From Cyanophora paradoxa CCMP329 (Eukaryota; Plantae; Glaucophyta), in the NCBI GenBank assembly GCA_004431415.1, contig QPMI01000003.1, forward strand, positions 1 through 64,000: a DNA stretch of 64,000 nucleotides, in the 5' to 3' direction. Below, piece by piece: positions 44,870 to 57,600 of the stretch. The notes below the pieces were generated by a model that searched no databases, had not been told where the DNA came from, and worked only from the letters and a program-made list of their open reading frames with translations. The position numbers and the translations under genes are program-made. Numbering within the stretch: the first letter of the stretch is position 1; every line of letters begins with the position of its first letter.

Positions 44870-47711
44870 ATGTCATTAGACGATAGAGAAACGAGTCGGC
44901 CCAGGCCGGTTGGCGGCATGGAATACAGCTGCGCGGTGATCCTCTGGCGGCGGCTTCTCGATCTGCTAATCTCGGGCGATCAGCTAGATGAGAGCGAGCT
45001 AGCTTTCGCCCAGGAAACACTGCTCGGCCGCCTAGACCTCGCCTCGTTCTCGGTGGTCGTGTCTCGCACTGAGCAGGCCGATGCAAGCGGGAAGACACAC
45101 GTTGTGAGTGGCATCAGGCTCAATCGCCGCTCCCCATGCCGGCTAACTGACGACGCGCAGGTCTATCTTCTCGACATAAAGGCAGATTTGTACAGCAAAC
45201 AGGTTCAGCGTAGGTATGGAAGCTTCTGCTCCCTGCACAAACTGGTGTGTCGTCTTCCGTTACGGCCCCATCGCTCCATCGCTTGAGGTCTGAACCATCC
45301 AAACCCCGCAGCTTAAACGGAGGCACAACAACCTCCCTTCTCTTCCCCCTAAATCGATTTGGCGATGGCTTGCTTTAGACGAGGAGAGCTCGGAGAAGCA
45401 GCCCGCCCTGCTGCAGGAGTATTTGAGCCTGCTACTAAAGATGCCGGACGTGCGGCGATCCCCGGACCTCCTTCTCTTCCTGGACATGCAACATCTCGTA
45501 AGCTACGCGCCTTCCTCGGCCCAGCGCGCCCGCCGACGCGCCGCCTCGCGCAGCTCGCCAAGCCCTTCGAGTTCTTCTGCGGCGTGCAGGCTGACTGGAG
45601 CCGCGCAAGCGGCAAGGCTTCCCCGGTATTTGATGCTGCTCGCTTCCTTTTCCGCGCGTCGTCCGCACCGCTCACGGCGAGGCGCAGGCGTACCTCGTTT
45701 TGACCCGCCGGGGCGTGTGCGAGTGGACCATGGCGCGGTCCTACGCAGACTTCCAGGCCCTCGACAGGACGGTGCGGCAGATTCGGACCGATTGCAGGCT
45801 CTCCGCGCGCGCGCCCGGCTCACGGGCCGCCGGCAGCTGCGGCCCAAGCTGCCGCAGGAGCCGCCGCCGCTGCCGAGCTGCCCGCGGCTCTTCGGCGTGA
45901 GCCGCACTGCGGACCCGTACCTGCTGCAGCGGTACCTCTTCTGGCTGCTGCGCGACCCTGTCGCCGGCCGCGCCGACGAGCTCTTCTTCTTCCTCGGCCT
46001 CCGCAGCCCCGTGCGCCGCCCCACCCTCTCCCCACCCCGAGCCGCCGCCGCCGTTCGGGGTCCGACGCCGGGGTGCAGGACGGGGGGAAGGGGCCTGCGG
46101 AGGTGCGGTTCGTGGGGGTGGAGGCGGAGGGGCCGGGGGGCCGGGAGGAGGCGGCGGACTGGGAGAAGACGCTGGAGATCCCGCTCTCGGGGCTCTCGGT
46201 GCGGGCTTCGCTGGACCTGTCCCGGCGGCGCGCCGTGGAGCGCTGGGACGACCTCGAGGTGCCCCAGGGCGGCCTCCAGCTGCGCCGCCGCCCCGCCGGC
46301 TTCCTCTCCCCCGGCGGCGCCCTCTCCTCCATGATCAGCGCCGCCGCCGCCGCCGTCCAGCGCCTCCGCCTCGACGGCGGCGAGCCCGGCGGCCCCGGCG
46401 AGGCCCCCGGGGACGAGGCGGAGTTCAACGAGCTCGAGTGGCCGCCGCAGCCGGTGCTCCTCTCCGTGCTGCAGGAGCACGTGAAGCGGCGGCTGGCGCC
46501 GCGGGCGGGGCGCTCGAGCGGGGGCGCCTCGAGCTCGGGCTCGGCGGCGGGGGAGGAGGAGGTCGTGCTCGACCTCGACGGGGCCCTCTGCGGGGAGGAC
46601 GAGGGCGGCCCGCAGCGCGAGGCCTGGGACGACGAGACCCTCCTCGTCCCCGACGAGGGCCTCAAGCTGCGCCCCGCCTTCCGCGGCGCCAACCCGCTCT
46701 GGTCGACGCGCAGCGACTCGACGAGCATCGTGGCGGCGACGAGCAGCGGGACGGCGACGGGCAACAGCGGGAGCGGGGAGGCGGAGGACGAGTCGGCGTC
46801 CGAGGGCTGGAGCTCGGCGGGGGAGGAGGACGAGGAGAGCGGCGCCGACTCGCGGGACGAGCGGCAGGCGCACGCCCTCCTCGCCCGCCTCTCCGAGCAC
46901 GCCTCGGGCTCGGGGACGCAGCCGCCCCAGCAGCAGCAGCAGCAGCGCGCGGGGCAGCAGGCCCTGGGGCAGGCGTTGGCGGCGCCCGAGGAGGCCGCGC
47001 GGCCGCCGCCGCGGCAGCGCTCGGCGCACTCGGCGGAGAAGATGGCGCAGCTCTTCGCCGCGGGCCTCGCAGTCCCACCACCCCCCGCCGCCGCCAGCGC
47101 CAGCAGCGAGCCGCCAGCCTGCCCCTTCTCCACCCCGCCCCTCCGCCCCGGGGGCCTCCCCTCGCCCCAAGCCCGCCGCCGCTCCCGCTCTCGCTCGCCC
47201 GGCGGCCGGCGGCGCCCCATCCTCATCAAGAACCTCTCCAACACACGGACCACCAAGGTGACGGCCCCCGCCCCCGCCCCCGCCCCCCGCCCCGGCCCCG
47301 CCCCGGCCCGCGCTGAGTGTGGGCGGGGACGGGACAGGTGGTGGGGGGGATGCGGTACGACCCGGGGCGGATGACGTGGGTGGGCAACGAGGAGGCGCTG
47401 GCGGCGTTCGAGCGCCCCGCGCACACCGCCGCCGCCCTCATCGCCAACCTCAACCGCTCCCGCAAGCCCCAGGGCGCGCCCCGCCCCGCCCCCCCCGCCC
47501 CCCCGCCCTGCCGCGCTTGGCTGAGGGGCGCGGGGGCGCAGTGGTGGGCGCCATGGCGTTCGACCCGGAGCGGCAGTGCTGGCGGGGCAACGAGGAGGCC
47601 CTGCGCGCCTTCGCCGAGCTCGACGCCGACGCCGACGAGCCCGCCCCGCCCCTCCTCCGCGCCTCCTCCGGGCCCCCGCCCGCCCCCGCACCCGCCCCCA
47701 TCCCCGTCTAG
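44870..47711 (+). CDS. Tandem PX-domain protein with C-terminal Byr4/Bfa1-like repeats
   Basis: PX1: VYLL..VQRRYGSFCSLHKL-LK..LPSLPPK..LQEYL..LLLFL. PX2: ARSYADFQALDR..PPLP..LQRYL..FFFL. C-terminus has two repeats of LIxNL..VVGxMx[YF]DPxxxxWxGNEEALxAF. Confidence 0.8.
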
Positions 47712-48653
47712 CCCGCCCCGACCCTCTCCCGCTTCCTGCTCCCCCTTTCCCCGAGCCCGTTCGCCGGCTCGCCCTAGTATCAACAGTCTTCTAGACGCAG
47801 TTCCTCGCAATCTCAGTGCAGTCTCCCCGCAATGAAATGAATCCGGATTCAGTGCCGGAAGCTCGGGCGTGAAGGGTGACCCCTTGGCTTGGAGCTATAT
47901 AGCTAGGCGAGGCAATTGACGTACGACTAGTACGTATACTGGGACTGACTGAGTGGCCCCCCACCCCACCCTCCCTGCGGCGCAGGCCGAATGGGGTCAA
48001 TCGCGGCTTGAAAAGAAGGGCCAGCTGCGGGGCTCTTCAGACGCATGATATCGATCATGATGCCATGAGCGTAATATAAATGTATATATGATTATATGCT
48101 CGAACAAGTAAAGAAGCCTTAACTTGAAGAAGCCCATAAAGTGGTGTCACAGTACTAGTGTGTGGTGTGATAAAGCCCATGGCGGCCCCCCTAGGCCTTC
48201 TGACATGTTCGAAATTCCCAGCCGGGGCCGGGGCGACCGACGTAACCGCTTCCGGGTACCGGTGCACGCGTACGTGAGCCCCGCGGCGGGGGCTAGGCTC
48301 TAGATCTGTCGCTAGCTGTGATCATGAGGCCGCGAGCCCTCGGAGGGACGATATCGATCTAGATCTAGAGGATGTAATGCGCAGAGGATATGATGCGCCA
48401 GTATTCTACGGAAGAAATTATACATGTACACATGATTCAGTTTGTTCTCTTGCAATTGTACAACAAGGGCAACAGGGCACTGTACAAATTTACACATTTC
48501 ATGATCAGACTTACTGCAGATCAGACTAAATGAAGCATGGCTCTACATGTACAACGCATCGCATCATGAGCAGCTGCAGGAGCCACGTGCAGAATCAGAA
48601 GGCGACTGCACACGCAGCTGCAGGTCACGGGTGGCGGTCGTGGGGCCGGCGGC

Positions 48654-51600
48654 CTAGCCCTCGGGGCCGCTTGCAATTGCGGGGCCAGCGCCGCCCTCGG
48701 CCACCCGCGCCGCCTGCTCCTCGAGGTACTTCTGGCAGTAGCGCTGCAGCTGCGAGTGCCATCGGCGCGAACGAGAAAACGGGGGCCGACGTCTAAAAGC
48801 GCGCGGGCGCGCACCTGGTCGGCGCCGTAGGTCTCGGCCCACTCGCGGATGTGCGCGACGCTCTCCGCCGTCACGAGCCGGTGCACCACCACGTGCCGCT
48901 CCGCCGTCTGAATTCGACCCCGGCCCGGATCACAATCAGGCGAGCGGGCGCCACCATATATACGCGTTCCCATCAAAATTGAAAGCGGCAGCGCGCGCGC
49001 CTGGGTGAGGTGCGGGATGCGGTACATGTGGGCGAGGCAGAGGACGCCGAGCAGCTCCTCGACGCCCACCTCCAGGCCCTCCCACGCCGGCAGCGCCCCG
49101 CTCCCGCCCGGCAGGAACCCGCTGTACCTGCGACGCCGCCGAGCAAGGGGTGAGTGCAGCCAATTGCAAGCTTCAAGATTATTTAGTTCGAGGGGGACGC
49201 GTTCGCGTTGACAGTACTAGTGCCGTGGGCGCGGCTCAAGCGCACATGTAGTAGAGGAGGGCACAGAAGGTGCGGGGCGTCGTCGCCCGCTCGTTCGGGA
49301 AGCCCTGCGCGCCGCCCCGCCCGCCTCGGCTCGGCCCGGCCCGGCCCGGCCGGGCGAGGCGGCGGGGGCGGCCTCGCACCTGGGGCCCCGGGATGCGCAG
49401 GGGGTCCTCGAGGCCGCACCCGGCCGCGGCCCAGCCGGCAGATGGGCGCAGCATCTCGCCGAAGTGGGGTGTGTACGCCAGCACGAGCCGGTGCGCGTAC
49501 ACCTACGTATACGCAGTCGAATCAGACCCAGGATTTGCTTGGTTAGCCACAGTCCGGCCGAGCCGTTGGAAACAGCGGCGTTTGGGGAGGGGGCCAATTT
49601 GCGACCCCCTTCCTGCCTGGCCATACCTAACCGAGCAGATTCTTGTAATTTACTTATTAAGCCACGCCGGAAAGAAAGTCGGGCCAAGTAAACGCCGCCG
49701 CCCGGCCTGCCGCGCGCGCACGGGCACCTTCTCGCCGTCGACGTCGAAGGCGAGGTCGGCGAAGGCGGCGCGGGGGTCGGCCCCCGGCGCGTTGGCGTCG
49801 AGGAGGGCGCGCAGCTGGCCCTCCTGCACGCCCCGCACGTGGCTCTCCGCCGTCACCCGCACATCCGCCCCTGCGCGAGAGGGATCAGGGAAATTGAAGA
49901 GGGGGCGCGGGGGCCGGGGCGGGGCGGGGGCGGGCCGAGGCGGTCGGGGAGGTGGACGCCGAGGGAGACGAGCAGGTCGGCGTACTCCTCCCGCGCGATA
50001 CACTGCGGCACCTGCGCGCACGCGCGCCCCCCCGGGCGTGTCGGGTCAGGCCTAGGGCCACCCGTTGCGTCTCTTTCATGTTCCGATGGGGAGGGGCGAT
50101 CTCTGTTTCATCTGGCCGTGGGCGGGGGCGGCGCACGGGGAGGAAGTCCTGGGCCCCCGAGGGGACGATCTCGAGGACGAGCTCGCCCCAGCGGGCGAGG
50201 CGCGCCTCGCCCCGCGGGCCCGCCGCCCGCACGGGCACCATCGCGAGCCCCCGCAGCTGCAAGCACGCCACCGCCGCCGCCTGCTCCTCGGCGCCCCTCG
50301 CCGCGCCCTGCTGGAACCGGTGGAAGAAGGCCACGATGCGGGCAAGGCACTGCGGGGCGGAGGGTAAAGGTCCGAGAACGCAAGCTTAAGCGCACGGCGG
50401 CGCGGCCCGGCACCTGCTCGACGTCGAAGAGGGGCTTGCCGCCCCGCCGGACCCACTCGGGCGCAACGTCGCCGAAGAAGCGGAGGGCGTGGGCGACGAC
50501 GGGCGCCGGGTCGGGCCGCCGGTCGCGCGCGTCGCGCCACACGCCGAGCGCATCCATCGCGTCGCCGCGCAGGGCCAACGTGGGCGACGGGCTCCAGAGC
50601 GGCTTCGACGTGAAGACCAGCAGCCGGTCGTCCTGCAATCGCGATGCCGGGGGCTCAGATACGACGCGTGCGAGGCCGGGGCCGGGGCCCCGCGGGGCGG
50701 CGGGCGGGGGCTACCCAGTGCGCGAGCTCGGAGAGGGAGCAGGCGCGGACGACGCGGAAGACGTGGCGGGCGTCGACGTCGTTGAGCTCGGCGGCGGCGC
50801 TCACGGCCGGCCGCACGAAGCGGACGTCCCCCAGCTCGCGCAGGAGCGCGGCGGGGAGCGGCCCGACGCGCACCGTGTCGGCGAGGGCGCCGAGGACGGC
50901 CTCGGAGCGCGTCGCGGCCTCGGCGGCGCCCTCGCCCTGCAGGCCGCCGGCGGCCGCGACCGAGCGCCACTGCCGCTCGACCTCGCGCGCGCAGCGAAGG
51001 AGGCCCTCGTGCGAGTCCTGCGCCCAGAGGACGCCGAGCGCCTGCAGGACGCCGTCGAGCGGAGGCGCCAGGAACTCGTCCGCGGGGAAGAGGTCCTGAT
51101 TCCCGAAAACCTGCGGGGTGTAATTACAAGCTTCAAAAGAAGGGGCCAATTAATGTCGCGAGGCGTTCGTTGAGCGTGCGGAAAGGTCGCGCCATTCTGA
51201 GCAGAGGTGCACTGGGGTTGATGGCCTCGGAGGGCAGCAGCCAGGACCCGTTGGTCGTGCGGATGCAGCGGAGGCCGCGCAGCGTCCCGACGACGCCGGC
51301 GAACCCGGCCGCGTCGGCGGCGCAGAGGCGGAGGATCTCGAGGAGGGCCGCCTGCTTCGCGCCGTCGTGCCAGGCGGAGAAGCCCGGGAGGACGTGGTCC
51401 CGCACGAACGCCGCGGCCTCGAGGCGGCGGACGCCGAGCCACGCGGCGAGCGTCCTCTTCTCCGCGACGACCTCGGGCACGACGACGTCGCCGGTGTAGC
51501 CAACGTCCAGCGCGACGGTGCGCAGCGCGATCTCCGGCAGCCTCACGAAGCGGCGCGCTGATGCAGGCAAGAGAGGCAGATCTACATGCAGGTGGGGGCC

Positions 51601-54600
51601 GATGAAGTACTCGCCCCTGTCGATTGCGGTCCTCGCCACACCGTCCGGATCTCCGCCTTGAAAAGCAAGCTCTGCGAAGGAATTGTATATAACTAGTCTG
51701 TTTCCAGTAGTGCGTCGGCATCGGAATAAAACCTCGCACCGAAAATCGGAAGAGATTTCAGACGGCCGACGGCGACCTCGAACGCGACGACGCTCTCGGC
51801 ATCGGCAGTGTAGCGATCCCGCGGGAAACAATGCTGAACGAGGTCCGAGGAGAGGTACGAAAGGAGGAGCGGCAGCTGCTGATCGGCGAGGGCCCCTGCG
51901 ATGCCGCACGAGGAGAAGAGCGTCGCAAGAGGCGACGCCGACCGCCGAGCGTCTGGGTGCCGCTGGGCCGCGGCGGAGATGGCGCCGAGGAGGCTCAGAG
52001 CGGAGAACGCTGGGACGAAGAGCTCGAGGGCGTCGCGGCAGGCCGGGTCGATGCCCAGCCTCGTGAGCCAGAGGTTGTCGGCGAGCTTGATCGACAGCCT
52101 GGAGAGCAGCGCCTTCACCTCGGGGGCGATCGGAGGCGCGGGTTCCCGCAGCATCATGCACGTGGCATCCGGGAGGAGCGCGGCGCTTGGCGGGCGGAGG
52201 AGCGACCCGTCTTGCGCTCGAAGGATCTGGCCGTGGAGGTTGTAATCAACGTTTAACGTTTAATTTCGGGTCATCAACACGACGGGTGATAACAGATTCT
52301 TCGATTCGCACCGGCCACTGTGAGAAGAAGCGGACGAGCATGTCACGAGTGCATGGGCGGGCTTCGACGACACAGGTGGGGTCAAGCTCAATGACACCAT
52401 TCCGAGCCCGCTCGTCGTCAACCGTCCACCACATCTGATTCAAAATACAGAGACGTTCACGATCAGTGCGAATTCATAAGACCGACGTGCGTATGCACGT
52501 GCTAATGTATATAACATTACTCGAGCTGGCAGCATGCGCACCTTCGCGCAGGACCACATCGAGTCGAGCCAAGTTGTCTCGGTCTCGGGCCAGCCCTGGA
52601 GCACCGCGAACGAGGCCGCATCGGACGCGTCGATGTCGCTGTTGCGGAAGCGGCTGAAGCGGCCGCTGGCGAGCAGGCGCTCGAAGGCGGGGAGGTCCAG
52701 GGCGCGCGCGGAGAGGCCGGCGGACGTCAGCTTGTCGAGCTCTTCCTTCGGGATCCCGCTGTGCAGCAAGGCGCCGCACTGCTCCTCTGAGAAGAGCGGG
52801 AGAAGGCTCGGATCGACAGAGTAGTGCCAGTCGCCGGAAGCCGGTCTCCCGCCTTCCAGCAGCTCAAGAACGGCCGCCCGCCCGTCCTGCAAGAAAGCGA
52901 GCATGCACCCGTCCAGCTGGGCCCGCTGCTCGTCTGTCGCCGTCTCGCCAGCATCGATGTCCGAGAGGGCGTAGCGCAGCAGCGACCATCGGGCGGCGGG
53001 GCTCGCTGATTCCAAGTGCGCCTGCGCGGCGCCGCGGTGCCGCTCGTCGCGCAGGTGTCGCCGCACCGCCTCCGATGTCAGCTCCGCCAGCGCGACGCCC
53101 GCGTGCTCGAACTCCGAGTAGAAGAACCGGCTCCACGGGATCGTCGTGATCTGCATTCCGCAGGCCCGAAGGACAGCCGCGACCGCCTCCTCGTCAGAGG
53201 GCTCCCGGCGCCCGAGGTCGACTAGCGCTCCGCCGTGCACATCCCGCGGCCGCCAGAAGCGCGCGTCTTTGGGCGACAGGTACTCCACGCTCGCCTCTGC
53301 CTCCAGACTCGGCCAGGGGTATGCGGGAATGCACGGCGCCTCGCACAATAGCCGCAGAGTCTCGCACGCGAGAGGCTGGTACCTGCAGATGCGCGCGATG
53401 CATATCAGAACCACGTGTGCACACAAAATCGAAATGTGAGAGTGTGAGGCGCGTTATTTGAAAGCGGATCGGAGCGCACTCTTCTTTCGCTTCGAAGCTC
53501 GTTGGCCAGTGCCGGCACAACTCGTGCGGCCGGCCGAGACGGGCCAACTCAGAGATGAAACGTGCGTAGATGCGGGGCAGGATAGACTGGCACAGCTTCG
53601 CGTTGCGTGCGGACATGACTGGCTTCTGCGTCGCGGGATCACGTGCAGGGAGCAGGTCCCGCCGGTTTGACGCAAGCTCGAAGGCCGCATTGATGTGCAG
53701 CGGCAAGCCGGTTTCGCCTGACATGGGCAGATAGCTGCGCGGAAGACGCGCGCTGCGATTGAATGCACGTCGCGACTGCAAAACCGACAAAAACGGACCT
53801 GAAAATACCACCCCGGAACTGACCGCGGTCGTCGCGCCATGCCTCGCTGTCGACGTCGAGTGCACCGAAGACTCCCGCCCAGTCCGCAATCGCCCGCCTC
53901 GTCTCGGTGCGGAGCCCCTGCAGATCGGCGCGCTCGTCCTCAGAAGGCACGTGGTTGACGACGAGCCACTGGTACGACTTGGAATTCGCTGCCTCGCCAT
54001 CGCCAGTCCGCACCGTCGCCCTCACCAATCCGATTCTCCAGAGACCGTCGCTGTGCCGCTGCAGGGCGGCGGGATCGGGGTAGCGGCGGAGTTCGGCGAG
54101 GCTGCAGGCGGGACCATCCTCCAGCTCCAGCTCCAGAGAGAAGAGAGCGGCGAGGGACGACTGTCCAGGCCGCCTCTCGTAGACGGTGAACTTACGCACA
54201 CTCTGCAAGCCTAAAAGCAAGCGCGACTCGAATTTCTAGCGCTTGCATCAGTAATCATTATCAAAGAAGAATGGAAGCAGGGCGATTCATGAGTGATCCG
54301 CACGCGGACCTTGACGACAGCGAGAATTTGGCCCTTGACGATGTCGATGACCGGTGCTTCAGCGCTGATTCTTGACTTTGCTGCCGACCCTGCTGGGCGA
54401 AGCGCGAGGCGGATGAGCGTGCCATCGAAGGGGCGCCGCGGGTCGAAGCCGAGCTCCTCGATACAGAAAGGCCTCAGCTGGTCGGGGAAAGTTCGCCAAA
54501 GCTCGGCGCCGACGAAGTCCAGGTGGATGCCAGGCTCAACTTGGAGGCCCGCGGGGGATGGCGTCGGCGGCAGCCGCCTGTCGGGGCGTAAGCTAAATTG

Positions 54601-57600
54601 CGAAAACTCGAGCCGCCTAGCGGGGGCAACGGGGCAACGAGCCGCCTAGCGGGGCGTGCACGTGCACGCGGTGAACGAGCGCACTCGCAATGGGGATCAA
54701 AGATGACGAGCGAAGACCCGGAGACAAAGCTTGGGGTGTCGGTCAAATAGTAAACGACGTGGAAACCGCGGTTGAAGGAGCCGATAGACTCCGCGTTGTC
54801 GGCCTTCGTGCCCGAGTGCGGCTGCTTGATCGCCTCGAAATCGTTCTTTTCAAACTGCTTGTTCTGGTACCATAGGATCGACGGCACTTGCACGTCCTGG
54901 AGGCCGGGCGAGAGGAGCGATTGCGACTCGTAGCTGTTGTGGTCGATGACAAGGGCCACCTCCGTAGCGTCCCGGTCGTCCGAGTTCGTCAGCTGTTCTT
55001 TAATGACCTGGAGCCCCGCTTGCGCGGTCAGGAGCGCGATCAGTGTTGGAAGCTCTATAAAGTTTAAACATTGGCAAGCGGGCCGGCTCGAGCGAGTGGG
55101 GCGCGGACCGTGTAGAGTGGGTCCTTGTCCGCCCCGATGTAGTCACGCACGTCGTTTCGGATGGCGTTGATGAGGTCGAGCTTCGGTGCAAACGGAGTGA
55201 GCCACTGCGACAAGGCGTGAGAATGAAAAACTGGTCGGAGAAATAAAATGGAAGCGTGAATTCGGAACGGGGCAGACCAGCTGCCTCGACCCCTCCACGA
55301 GCACTTCACTCCACTTCCGAACGCCGAGGGTCCGCACGAATGCTTGGCCCGCAGCTGTCGGATGGACAGTCGGACGGCCCTGCGGTTTGTTGGCATCCGA
55401 AATCCAAGCGTCGACGATCAGCAGCTCCGAGGGAGGAAGCAGGCGGCTGGCCGAGTCGGGGAGGAGGAGGCCGGTCGTGTCCAGATCGCTCTCGCAAATG
55501 AGGGCGAGGGCGTTGCAGATGCTCGTGACCTCGCGGCTCTGCAGCTCGTAGGGGGCCTCCAGGTACGCTTTCTGCCAGTCCCGCAGGGAGCCGAGAACGA
55601 CGTCGGGGGCGAACTCGTCCCTCACGCCGAGAGCCGCCACGAGCGGCCCGAGCCGGCGCCGCTCCTCTGCCGTGATCAGGTGCAGGTTGGGCTCGAGGAG
55701 AATGTTGCGGCTGTTCGACGTGGCGAGATTCGAGGAAGACAAGAAGGCCTCGCCGCTCCAGAACCACGGCACCCTTCCATCGTCCCAGTTCGAGAGCAGG
55801 GTCTTCAGCGCGCGAAAGCTCGAGTCTCTGGATGACTCTTCACCGACGCGCTGTCGCAGTCGAGTGTACACGTCGTCCATCTTGATTGTCAGCGCGTTTC
55901 TCACGGCGTTGTCTACCCCTCCAGTTGCGATCGTCTGCTGGAGCGCGCCTTGGCAAGCCAGGACTTCAGAAGCCAGCAGCTCCACAGGAACTGACGCGTT
56001 CCACCCAAAAAGCGGTGCAATATGTGCGAACCGTTTGTAATTGTTGACATCCAGAATGGGGCGAGTGGCTGAGAGAGCCGTTGCGTCTTGTGGGAGGTGG
56101 GACTGCTTTGGTGGAGCAAAGATGTGCGATGGGCCAGCTCCATGCCACGGTATGCTTGATGGATAGCTGGGCGGTGGACGGCAGACTGGAAGCCAACGCA
56201 GATCCCCGAGCTTGCCGGAAACAGCACATAGATCCAGCAGATCCTTGCCTTGCGAGCGGCGCCCGGGGTCCGAGGCCGCGTTTGCGTACTGCAGAAGATC
56301 ACGCGCACGCCTCGCTGCCGCCCCGATAACGTCGTTCGTGGCAGAGCTTTGCGCAGCTGCGATCTCCTCTGCAACACGCAGGACCTCGCTGGGCGACAGG
56401 TGTTGCCGGAGGCCGATGCAGCGAAGTGCCTCGAGCCGAGCCTCCTGCGCGAACCCGCCTGAAGGGGTGCAGCCAGGAAGGAGCTCCTGCGGCCTCACGC
56501 CGCCCAGCTCCTCGTTGGGGTTGACGAGCTCTGACGCGGTCGCTCGCGCTGTCTTGCCCTCGCGCACGATCGGCACGAACGCAAATCCGGCCAACATGTT
56601 CCAGACAGCGTCCCGCTCTTCAGCCGGGAGCTTGGGGGTGTAGTCCAGCACCGACAGCATGACCCGGTCGACGACGTCTGCCCGCGCTCCCCTGATGCCT
56701 TCGCGGACAAAGTCCTGAACGTACTGCGGGAACGACAGCTCTCGCACGCCCACGCTCTTCAGAAGCCCGACAATGTCGTTGGAGGTGCGCTGCAGCAGCC
56801 GCTCGGCTCCCAGCTCGAACCTGAAGGTCGATTGGGACGAGTACAGCTTCGGCGCGATGACGAGCGACGTCTGGCCACCAAGCGCCATTCGACCGCCGGA
56901 GATGGTGAGGAAAATCGGGAGTCTCGTTAGAAGGGACGCATCCTCTGCAGACAATTTCTTGCATTCTGTGGCAAAGTAGTCGCAAAGAACTGGCAGGCGC
57001 CCATCACCGAGCGTCGACACAAGCGCATTTACGTTTAAATGCCGATCACGATCGCGAGTGGCGCAGAGCGACTGCGCAACGCCCTGCCACGAGCGAGGCC
57101 ACACGACATCGTCGACTGCAGAGAAGTGAGGCAACCCGGACTCGCCGTCATCGATGCAAAGGACTCCAATGTCGGCGAGGCACTCAGTCACAGGATTGGG
57201 TAATGTCGAGGCTGCGATGGAGGTTCGATCTCGTGGGAGCACGACCAGCTTTCCATCCAAGCGCGGAGTGATTGGCCAATTATGCAGAAGCTCGACGGAG
57301 TTGTGCGCCTTGCAGAACCGCCATAGGGCTTGAAGCCAGTCTTCAGTAAGCGGCGGCGGCAGATCACTGCGGAGGAATCGGAGGCCTAGTCTGCCTGAGT
57401 TGGGCGGCAGAAGAAGTGACAAGAGGCCGTCGAGGGCCTCCGCGGATAAGCGGGAGATGTTCAAGCGTCCATTGGAGGCGAGTTCGGCCAAGCTCGCGCC
57501 CAAGGGCGACTCGGCACCGACGTCCACGATGAGGCGATCGAGGCCAGCTGCAGGCAGCAGTGCCCGCTCCGCGGTGGTGCACATATACTTCCTTGACTCC

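Noticed and set aside
54-47691. Many long Arg/Pro/Gly/Ala-rich ORFs (e.g. 54-1814, 9181-11319, 35977-38571, 45820-47691)
   Set aside because: They are stop-poor shadow frames or intron read-through in ~75-80% GC DNA. The real proteins appear only after splicing.
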